From assembly GCA_051530055.1 (NCBI GenBank), contig JBMGUZ010000012.1, forward strand, positions 1 to 58,976: a DNA stretch of 58,976 nucleotides, in the 5' to 3' direction. Source of the stretch: Neoechinorhynchus agilis (taxonomy: Eukaryota; Animalia; Acanthocephala). Below are positions 1 through 8,387 of the stretch, piece by piece. The notes under the pieces are model-generated. The model did not search any database. It was not told the origin of the DNA and saw nothing but the letters and a program-made list of their open reading frames with translations. Positions within the stretch are counted from its first letter, which is position 1. Each line of letters opens with the position of its first letter. Both the position numbers and the translations under genes were made by a program.

Positions 1-3000
1 GCCTGGGCCCATCATTTATTCCACCGAACATTTGCGGATCTCGATTTGAACGATGAGTTGTCGGTTCGTGATATTTTTGACGGAACTAAATCTAACCATA
101 CGATCAAAATAAAGCGCAACACTTCGACCCTTCTTCTTATGCGCATTCTTGTTGCTGCTCAACTCTTCAAGCTCAAACTTATTTCAGAGGAAGAACTCAT
201 GGCTGGCGGTCTTGTCTCCGGATTAGGTGTTTTCTGCCCTACATTCGAGGCTCTCACCACCCGTCAAGCTCGTATTTCGATGGTCACCAGACGGTTACTT
301 TCTAGAGCTAGAGCTATCTTAGCCACAGTCTTCCCCGATCTCATCGAATCAATAATTGGACCTCCACTCCCATCTCCTTTAACTGAAAAGAGAGCTGAAG
401 GTGAACCTGTTACTGTCTTACCTCCGGAAGATCTTAATTTAGCATCTTCTATTTTGCCCGAGAAGACGATGATTCAGCAGGACCAGCTTTCTACTATCAC
501 TCAAACTTTCGGGGCCTCCCCCACTGATCTCATAAGCAGCGCCACTCCGACACCATCTCGAGCCAAATTTCGTGCGGCTGTCGACAAGGTTCTAACAAAA
601 AAAAGAATTGAGTTCAAGGAGATTCTTTCGCAAAATCAGAAACAAGTCGAATCTACGCGAGAAGCCTTGACTAAGCGTCCTCGCGATCCTGTGTTACTTG
701 GGATTTTGGAAGAGTCTAGAACGGCTCAACTTAAAATCGACTCTAGCTTGGCTCTGATAGAAAAAGTTGCAGAAGAGTTTCAAGCGCTTTCTCACCTTGA
801 CGATCTACCAGTGATGACGACCTACAACGATGATCTCGATTTGGAGTCATTACCTAACAGCCCAGTCGACCTTGGCACCGCCTTCCTAGCTTATATGACT
901 AGGGCGAAGGCTACTGTTGGTATTGCTGAGCATGTTCGTGTAGAAAAGAGAGAAAAGCGCGAGAAATACCGTAATTACAACTCGTTTGTTCCAACCGACA
1001 AGAATGGCTCATTTACGCGTGATATGGAGGCCGCCGTGCGAAACCTCAAGTACGAGGCTGCGTTCGTCGGGGCCACGACCATCACGGAGAAAGCGGATAA
1101 TGTCGAACACAAGTTAAGGAATGACGTGCGAGTTCGGGCACATTATCTTCTCAACAAAATTGGCACTTCAAAGAAAAGACTGATGGGCCTTTGCTTCGCC
1201 CACAGAAATAATCAGCCTATGCTGCATGCTCTGGCACATGGGCTGAATTCTCGCAATCAGCGCTTGTGTGCAATATTTTGTAGAGAGCTAGATCTTCTTA
1301 ATGGACAGAGTGAATTGGTCGAAAATCTGGAATGGCGCGCCACTAGGCGCACAGCTCTACTCGCGTCTGTTAGGAACAGACATTTTAGACGGTTCAGTTC
1401 TTCAGGGTGGCTCTCACCTGATGCCATCTCCACTTTAGCTGGAAACGGAGTGAGCAGTTTTACAAGCTCATATATCTCCTCCGTCCTAGCGGGTGGCGAT
1501 GGGTATGGTGAGAGGCTCTCTGAGGAGTGGAATCGTCTGATGCACTCCATGAACGGCAATTCGATTCGTAAACCCTATGTGCCGGTAGGGTACCAGATGA
1601 CTGTCGAGTTTATACAGTCAACGGATCACGTTTCTAAAGTGGTTACCGCTTTGGCCGGTAACTATTCTCTATTTCGGACGCTGCCGGCCACTACCTTTAG
1701 CATCCTGTCTACTGCGGAACCCGCATTTCTTCATCAGATAGGTATGGCCGTACAGCAGGATGATTCTTTTCTTACTGATAAAGCTAAGAAGCTCGCAGAA
1801 GCTGATGTCTCATTCTATAAAGATAAGACCTTGGAAGAGAGGAGGGCCTTGCATTATTATTTGTGCAATATGCCCCATTTGGCCGAAACTTACGGACCAA
1901 TCTGTTTCTCGCTGGATCTTTCTTATAGTACGTCTGGTCCGATCGGCGCCGAGTATAATGAACTTTGGCGCAATGAAGAATCTGTCCTAAGACCTGGTAT
2001 GAACCTCGATCCTAAAGATTTTCATATCATATCCCCTGGCCCGACGCAACCTCCGACCACCATATCGAGCAGTTCTTGTCTCGATAGGGTGTTTAGTTTA
2101 GTTCTCTCTGACGACTTGGACACATCCGCGAGGATGGATTTTACGCGATTGTTACACACTGTTAGTCAGGTGGCTCCACTTCTTCGTCGCCGAAACGAGA
2201 AGATGGCCTATCTGACACTGTGTGGTTCCGCCGCTCTCGACCATTATCGAGACGGTTCTCCGGCTACTTTTGCTCGTCTGCGAGCTATTCTATCTACTGA
2301 TAATTACCCAGCTATTACAGCCCCACCTCCAAATGGCAATTCTCGCTTAAACGGTGACATCCGTAGGATGTGGGTCTGTCAACCATTCGAAATTGTTTGG
2401 CTACGCATGTCTATAGTAGACTTCTTCAGGTGTGTGGCCGTAAATAATCTGGTCTGGAATGAAGGACCAAATGTTCATAACTCCGCGTTTGACGGCCGTA
2501 CTCTCGCTGTCATGGAGCAATACTTTCCCGCCCCTGCAGAACAGTTGCACCGTACTGTCGCCACTGTCTGGAACCCGATCCTCACTGAAGAGATTTACAT
2601 GAATCATTCTGGGGTCGAGGATCACTATTTCTCCCTAATGGATGCATTTGCTAAGGAACCCGGTAAAATATTTATCGTGGTGTCCGTCACGTTAGAGGAG
2701 ATAGCGACTCGTGTTCAGCGATTCAGTTACACGAGTTCCAGTGGGCCGGGACCTTTTCCGTATGACAATCTTGGACTTGCTATTCTTAATGGCTCTTTTC
2801 CGAACGAACCTCTCAACGAGATTCCGTGTCAAGAGGAGTTGCTGTCTTATTTAGCCCTATCCAATAACTCCCTTGAGTATCAAGTCATGGGTAGGCTGAA
2901 TGTTCCTTACGGCTCTGGTGTCAGGATAGCCTGGAATTATGATCCAGGTTTCTATTTCTATCCCCTCATCCAACTCGGCCTTCTTAAGGTCTCTGATCTC

Positions 3001-3918
3001 CCAGCGACTCAGACTAGAATGACTCCCGAGAATGAGCTGAAGTACTATTCCGCTCAGAATATTCTACCCTGTCTGAGACTTGCCATGCACAAGTTGAGTC
3101 TTCGACTGGATACTATGCAAGTTTCAGTTAAGGCGGTCACGCCTGACTCTTCCTGGACTCTGGGGTCAATCTCTGACATATTACCAACGAGTGACAGAAC
3201 TATTCTGGGTATTATTAGTGCCTATCTAGGCGCTCCGATGGCAAGAGCTTTCGCTGCCTGGGCGAGAGACCCAGAAGTTACTATCATTCACGAAAGAACT
3301 ATCTTACATTGGGTTATGATTTCTAAAGCACTCGGAATTTCGTTTGGCTCGGGGGCTTTAGCGTATTCTGAATACAATGGTAGATCCTCTGTCGGTGTGT
3401 CGTGGCAGATGGCATCTCATACTCAAGAACCGGAGTTGACGACAAAATTCTTCCTTAACAACTCCGTTTGGTCCATCGTTCCTACTGAAGATCTAGATCC
3501 CTTTAGAATAGGGCTTAATGAAATCTGCACTCCTAATCTACTGCCTCTCATCACACTGAAAGGCTTCGTTGGTGGAGCTCGCTCCGACATCACTTTTAGA
3601 GGAGCACTGCTTCCGAGGGGTTGTAGAGGTCAATATGATGTGATCACCATCGGATCTCTTTTTGCAATTCAAGTGAAAATTAATGCTCTTACGCGCCTCC
3701 GTTTTTCGCTAGCTCACATGGCAAGTTGGGAAACTCGCTTCGATAAAGGTACATTCGATGTTCCTAGAAATGAGCGCTACACCGACCCTCTCGACATTGC
3801 TTCTTGTTTCGAGGGGGACTCGTTGTTAGCACCCATGGGCCTCGAGGTCCCAACTTCTTCCAGAAAAAAGAAGACAGAGGATGCTTCAGAGCGTCCGGAT
3901 GCCTCTGCGGAGGATTGA
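1..3918 (+). CDS. Large virus-like ORF1 (>=1305 aa, open to the window edge); probable capsid/Gag polyprotein of a totivirus-like dsRNA virus, endogenised
   Basis: Frame 1 has no stop from base 1 (AWAHHLFHRTFADLDLNDELS...) to TGA at 3916-3918. It is intronless, visibly GC-richer than the flanking host DNA, and overlaps a -1-frame ORF2. A diverged paralog at 42586-45547 differs mostly at synonymous sites, so the frame is genuinely coding. The capsid identity is inferred from architecture, not from a recognised motif. Confidence 0.6.
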   Translation, partial: AWAHHLFHRTFADLDLNDELSVRDIFDGTKSNHTIKIKRNTSTLLLMRILVAAQLFKLKLISEEELMAGGLVSGLGVFCPTFEALTTRQARISMVTRRLLSRARAILATVFPDLIESIIGPPLPSPLTEKRAEGEPVTVLPPEDLNLASSILPEKTMIQQDQLSTITQTFGASPTDLISSATPTPSRAKFRAAVDKVLTKKRIEFKEILSQNQKQVESTREALTKRPRDPVLLGILEESRTAQLKIDSSLALIEKVAEEFQALSHLDDLPVMTTYNDDLDLESLPNSPVDLGTAFLAYMTRAKATVGIAEHVRVEKREKREKYRNYNSFVPTDKNGSFTRDMEAAVRNLKYEAAFVGATTITEKADNVEHKLRNDVRVRAHYLLNKIGTSKKRLMGLCFAHRNNQPMLHALAHGLNSRNQRLCAIFCRELDLLNGQSELVENLEWRATRRTALLASVRNRHFRRFSSSGWLSPDAISTLAGNGVSSFTSSYISSVLAGGDGYGERLSEEWNRLMHSMNGNSIRKPYVPVGYQMTVEFIQSTDHVSKVVTALAGNYSLFRTLPATTFSILSTAEPAFLHQIGMAVQQDDSFLTDKAKKLAEADVSFYKDKTLEERRALHYYLCNMPHLAETYGPICFSLDLSYSTSGPIGAEYNELWRNEESVLRPGMNLDPKDFHIISPGPTQPPTTISSSSCLDRVFSLVLSDDLDTSARMDFTRLLHTVSQVAPLLRRRNEKMAYLTLCGSAALDHYRDGSPATFARLRAILSTDNYPAITAPPPNGNSRLNGDIRRMWVCQPFEIVWLRMSIVDFFRCVAVNNLVWNEGPNVHNSAFDGRTLAVMEQYFPAPAEQLHRTVATVWNPILTEEIYMNHSGVEDHYFSLMDAFAKEPGKIFIVVSVTLEEIATRVQRFSYTSSSGPGPFPYDNLGLAILNGSFPNEPLNEIPCQEELLSYLALSNNSLEYQVMGRLNVPYGSGVRIAWNYDPGFYFYPLIQLGLLKVSDLPATQTRMTPENELKYYSAQNILPCLRLAMHKLSLRLDTMQVSVKAVTPDSSWTLGSISDILPTSDRTILGIISAYLGAPMARAFAAWARDPEVTIIHERTILHWVMISKALGISFGSGALAYSEYNGRSSVGVSWQMASHTQEPELTTKFFLNNSVWSIVPTEDLDPFRIGLNEICTPNLLPLITLKGFVGGARSDITFRGALLPRGCRGQYDVITIGSLFAIQVKINALTRLRFSLAHMASWETRFDKGTFDVPRNERYTDPLDIASCFEGDSLLAPMGLEVPTSSRKKKTEDASERPDASAED

Positions 3919-5072
3919 TCACTGAACGCTTTAGTTCAGAATGTCGGTCTGAGCTTAGCAACCAACTTGCAGGGAAGATGAGTCATTACTACAATCCGCG
4001 CCCTGTGAGAGTCTTTGCTAAGGCTCGCCAGAGAATATTGGCTGAACGTTGGGACTTCGTCCCTATTCATACAGGCGACATTCCTCGCGATATTCTATCA
4101 AAAATTGAAAATTATCTTAAAGTATGGAATCTCTCGGCGTCCGTTAGACAACTGTACTCGTTCCTTCTTCCATACTATCGGCTTAAGCAATTCGAATATT
4201 CTGATGTTTGGCTCCTTGACTCTTCAGGTGCTCCCTCAGCTCTAAACAATTTATGCTGGCACATTGAGTGCCCGATATGCAATATGGTCTCGATAAAGCA
4301 TGAAAGACGTGATATAGTCATTGAACTAGGTCGAGACTATTACGAAGCCAAGGTTGAAATTGCGAGTTGGGAGAACATCATTGCTGCTAAAAAATTATCT
4401 GAGCGAGAATTCTTCTCATCACTACGACCTTTAACTGCAGAGATTGAAGCAGAGGGGATGCCGCGAACTGCTTGGGTTGAGAGGGAGGCTGATTGTTCTA
4501 TTCGATACATCCCTCCCCCGACCAAAGTTTCCGAAAAGGTAGCATCTCTGTTTCCTGGTTCTGCCGCTTGGCAACGTTCATGTGCTCTAGTAAGCCGCTT
4601 AGGGCTCGATTCTCTGCTAGAACATATCTATCGATCCTTGAATCTGATTCCTACATTTGAAGGCTCATTGTTATGGATGCGCCGTGTCTCTGCTTTCGCT
4701 AAAGCCAACATAACCTCCACCCGTTACGCTACTATGCTGGTTGATCTTAACAGGTGGCTCGGTCACTTTCCGCTCCTCAGTGAAGGAGAGATGATTCAAT
4801 CAGCGCGAGAGTGGTTAGGTCGAATGAATTCATGTTTGGGCTCGGGCGGAGCTTTAATCTGGGAGAGACTTAATCTCTTACATGCTTCTGAACTTATTTC
4901 GAAAATCTTTTCCTCGATTCCAAAACAGACCGGAGCTGATATATGGCGCGAAATGCTCATTAGCCGTACATGGTCAACGCCAGGAGCATCGAACGCTGGG
5001 AATTATTCAGCCAGAAGAAATCAGCTAGGCGACGAGGAAAGTGATGGAGATGAGAGCAGAGTGTTGCGCTAA
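3804..5072 (+). CDS. ORF2 in the -1 frame; N-terminal portion of a toti-like RdRp, truncated before the catalytic motifs
   Basis: The -1 frame is open from 3774. LVDLNRWLGH...EWL, followed ~80 aa later by RTWSTPGAS, resembles the LVE..L.GR pre-motif and the W...G[SA] motif 1 of Ghabrivirales RdRps. No SG..T/GDD motifs follow. Substitutions against the paralog are synonymous in this frame from ~3840. Confidence 0.5.
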   Translation: MFRGGLVVSTHGPRGPNFFQKKEDRGCFRASGCLCGGLITERFSSECRSELSNQLAGKMSHYYNPRPVRVFAKARQRILAERWDFVPIHTGDIPRDILSKIENYLKVWNLSASVRQLYSFLLPYYRLKQFEYSDVWLLDSSGAPSALNNLCWHIECPICNMVSIKHERRDIVIELGRDYYEAKVEIASWENIIAAKKLSEREFFSSLRPLTAEIEAEGMPRTAWVEREADCSIRYIPPPTKVSEKVASLFPGSAAWQRSCALVSRLGLDSLLEHIYRSLNLIPTFEGSLLWMRRVSAFAKANITSTRYATMLVDLNRWLGHFPLLSEGEMIQSAREWLGRMNSCLGSGGALIWERLNLLHASELISKIFSSIPKQTGADIWREMLISRTWSTPGASNAGNYSARRNQLGDEESDGDESRVLR

Positions 5073-6161
5073 GGCAATAAAGAGCACAGACAGAATGACC
5101 GGGAGAGAACCCGATAATTCAAGTTCGGCGAGGTGGCCCCTGTATGGGTCATCTGCCCCAGTTAACACAAATGCCAACACTGGCAGGAGTGTTGCGTCAA
5201 CGCCTGTCCCAAATAGGGCAGGTAGAGATAGGTCTTCGACTCCAGGTGGGAGTTCGCGGACCGCGTCTAATGTCGCCGCGATTGAACCCGGTGACATTGA
5301 TGGACCGCCGTGGGTCGAATTAGCCGACTACGACGATCTTGATGGCAACGTCCAAAGATGGATGGCGCTTGACAGTCTCTATAAGAGTATGAGATCTAAA
5401 GGGACTAAGAAGGGAGAAAACCGAGTGGTTATCACCGGAAACTTGGAGGCAGAATTTCCTAGATTCTACCACAACTAATTAGGAGCATCCCTGATTGCAG
5501 GGTGCGAACTAATTGCAGATAATTCACAAATAGTGAATTGTCTTTTAAGACTGTGTGGGATGAAAACCCACTCACTCGAGAAGAAGCCTCGGACGCATTA
5601 AGTGTCCCGGGCCGAACAAAAGAATTAGAAGCGGTATCAAACTTAGCCGCTCTAATCGACTTGCTGGTGGCAGTTCCAACCGCCGCAGGTTAAAAACCAG
5701 AAGGTCCAGCTAAGATGGCCTTAGGGTTTATGGTCCACTTACTCGCAGGGATTGCCTCTGAAAAGAAGTGGGACATTCCTTTTGCCCAGTCAAGAAACTG
5801 GTGGAGGATTACGAGAAACTGGAAGAACGATTTAATTCTTCTGATCTCGCCGATCCTAGGTGGCGATAGTCACCAGGACACTTGTAACAGCAGTAATTCG
5901 CTCCCTCTGTGAAAAGAAAGAGAAGAGGTGAAGAGATTAGCTTTGATGAGGCCAAAACTCCTAAACGGTCCAATGACTGCTTGGGAACAAGCTGTTACAA
6001 GTAGGATAAACTCTTGCTTGGGCAAAATCGAATCCACAGTCGGAGAAGACTTTGAATTCATAAGACACCGGAACCCAGTAGTCTGGGAGAAGGCAATAGG
6101 GAACTATGTAGCTTTGCTCTACAATAGGACCTCAGTCTTTTCGAAAATGATAAGGGACTAA
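5041..6161 (+). pseudogene. Decayed virus-like coding segment (ORF3 and downstream frameshifted pieces)
   Basis: ORF 5041..5478 continues past TAA 5476, which is TTA in the right-arm copy. Protein-like stretches follow in shifted frames (VWDENPLTREEASDALSVP..., MALGFMVHLLAG..., KRLALMRPKLLNGPMTAWEQ...). GC level matches ORF1/2. Product unknown. Confidence 0.45.
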
Positions 6162-6194
6162 GAAGGGAGAAAACCGTGTGGTTATCACCGGAAA
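5400..6194 (+). repeat. 42-bp direct repeat (5400-5441 and 6153-6194) marking the 3' end of the virus-like cassette
   Basis: agggactaagaagggagaaaaccg(a/t)gtggttatcaccggaaa occurs twice; AT-rich DNA starts right after the second copy. Confidence 0.9.
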
Positions 6195-6348
6195 AGTGCT
6201 TGTGGGTATCATACTTATTTTTATGGACCGGTATAATTCAAACCTTCATAGCTTTATCCTTCAAACTTTGGTCTTTTCATCAAGTTCAGCCTCATTCGTC
6301 ACTGTTCTTTAAAAATTAATTTTTTCATTATTTGTAAACATGTACAGA

Positions 6349-6857
6349 CCACAATTTCAAAATATTACTCACTTGCATTGAGACGCTTCCATTCGTCCTC
6401 GGTACGAACGTAAACGATTTTCCACCATCGCCAAAGTCGCTCGATTCACCGGAGAACAAAACAGAACGACGCGAGGAATGCGGGTGCAGCGCTTTAGAAA
6501 GCGGACGGCGTTTTGGAAGTTACGAAAAAACGACAGAATTCGGGTCCGTTTTATTATTCGGCGCACATTTAAATTTTTTAGTCGACTTTTTATCGATAAA
6601 TCAATTCGGGAAAAGTAGCCACTTTGTTTGCTTGCTCAAAGTCTTAGGTTTAAAGCGATTTTATTGGGTTTTCTAAAGTGCTGAATAGAAAATGTTTATT
6701 ATTGTACCGACGGACAGTTTTAAGCTTCTTCGAATAAAAATTTAGAATCGATACTTTAAGGTGGCAATATATAAAAAATCGTTATTTTTCAATCAGAAAG
6801 ATCGATTCATGGCCTAAAAATAGAAACGCTAAAAACCCATTGCGTTTAAGTGACGGG
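6349..6857 (-). repeat. ~510-bp dispersed module B (copies 41677-42166 and 52099-52607) containing a CAA|GTGAGT splice donor that points into the virus-like cassette
   Basis: Three near-identical copies by direct comparison. Donor GT is at 6372-6371 (minus strand), 42143 and 52584 (plus strand). Confidence 0.8.
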
Positions 6858-8113
6858 CAACTTATGGAAAGTCTGGATGAAAACGAGCGAAGTTCATTGC
6901 CCTTTTAAGAGTAGTGGATGTTCAAGCAAAGGAGGGAGAAAAGAACCGATTGATCAGCAAATTTTCAAAGCTTATGGATTCGAAGCATAATTGTTAAGGC
7001 TTCGATCCTGAATAGAGCAACCGGCATACCGGAGGATTGCGTAAGCGCTGAGGATTATGGGTTGATATCCAAAGGATCATCGTTCGCACCAACAAAAAAA
7101 CCTGATGACAAATTCAACCTTCAAGTAAAAATGGGAGATCGACTGATTTGTGGAGGCTGAGATGTCGTTTGAGTTTCAAGAAGGTTTCAGTGGCTCTACC
7201 AAGAGGAGATGATATCCTTGAAAGACGATTATAAAGTTCCGGAAAAGGGGTTGACCGGATAAGTCGAAGCATTGTATCCAATCCTCCGCATGGTAAACAT
7301 TTGGCCTTGAAATCGGTCAAAGCATTGATCAAAACGAAGTCGCTAAGGGGACGAAGTGTACAAGATGAGATGATCTCGGCATTACTAAGAGTTACTTCTA
7401 CCTATGAGTTTACAGACGTAAAGTGATTGCTAGGCGCCAATTGAAGAAGTTCAGCACTTACATCCGACGACCTTTGCGTACTCCAGCATTGTAACCCAAT
7501 GATCAAAACGCATAAGATGCCTCAGGTCCTCATCACAGGGTTTCGATGATTTTTTTACAGTCGCTTTCTAAAGAAGTGGAAGCAATTCAACTTAAACAAA
7601 ATGTAATTAATTCTGGAACTGCCAATTCCCATCCATACCGCGGATATTCCCATCCTACCTAATTCGTATTCCAATCCCAAATACATAATTTTTTCCTTTC
7701 TCTTTTTACAAGCGCTCCTGCAAACAATAAGCATCAATTCCCACCAGAACGGACCTTCCAACCCCGCCGGATATTCTCAAAGGAACGGACATCCCCCGGC
7801 TGGATAGGCCCACTCGAATTGGTATCCCTGCGACCGGATATTCCCACTCGAACGGACATCCCTCGACTACACTTTATTGGAACAACTATGAACTGGAATG
7901 CTAATGGGGACCCAAAGGTAAATGGGTCCCATTCTTTGTGATCTTCTTTCTAATAAAACGGGCTGTAACTATTGCTGAAGTGTAGGCCGATCATTTCCGC
8001 GGTGAACGGCCTTGGCAGACGTGTAATTGTGCTTAACCAAAGGGACGAGTTAACCTTCTCATTGAACTCTGTTCTATCTCAACCTTTATAGATTGCGTGG
8101 TTTTTTCAGGGTC

Positions 8114-8148
8114 CTGACGAAGGAGTAAACTCCGAAAATATCGGTGTC
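8114..8148 (+). ncRNA. Hammerhead-ribozyme-like core (PLE type), probably degenerate
   Basis: CTGACGA-A-GGAG-taaa-CTCC-GAAA gives an intact core and a perfect 4-bp stem II, with a GTC triplet at 8146-8148. Stems I and III do not pair convincingly. Confidence 0.35.
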
Positions 8149-8387
8149 AAAAATATACATTTGCTTGCAGGACAATCGAAAAGAAGTAACCAAACGACAT
8201 TTGAGCCTTTTGCGTCGCGGAAAAAATCAGGTCTGTATTCTATTTTTAGAACTAACACAATGGCGCCTGAGTGTTTTTTGTAAATCATTGCACTAACAAT
8301 CTAAAAGGCAACAATAGCAGAACACACGAGACGCAGAATTATGATCAACAAATCTATTGAAAAATATCTATTCTACGAAGTATAATC

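Larger units (their letters stand above)
8..8129 (+). repeat. Left outer arm of a long inverted repeat (partner 50691-58976)
   Basis: Position 8 onward (cccatcatttattccaccgaac...) is the reverse complement of the window end. ORF pairs 46..3918/55066..58938 sum to 58984. Homology continues with small indels to 8129/50691. Confidence 0.97.

Noticed and set aside
3864-3896. In-frame A_AAA_AAG heptamer followed 8 nt later by a GGAUGCU-UCAG-AGCGUCC hairpin, as the -1 frameshift site
   Set aside because: The paralog has C_AAA_GGG here, and -1-frame conservation already starts upstream (~3840), so this cannot be the ancestral shift site.
5320-5350. LADYDDLDG as RdRp motif A
   Set aside because: No K..E..K.R motif upstream and no SG..T or GDD downstream in any frame I could read.
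6369-6566. 65-aa ORF in module B (three copies)
   Set aside because: Identity simply reflects recent duplication; no motif and no independent coding evidence.
7745-7870. Short GC-rich degenerate repeats (ggatattc...gaacggacatccc) and a small hairpin at ~7905-7933 as transposon termini
   Set aside because: No matching opposite terminus or TSD could be identified.
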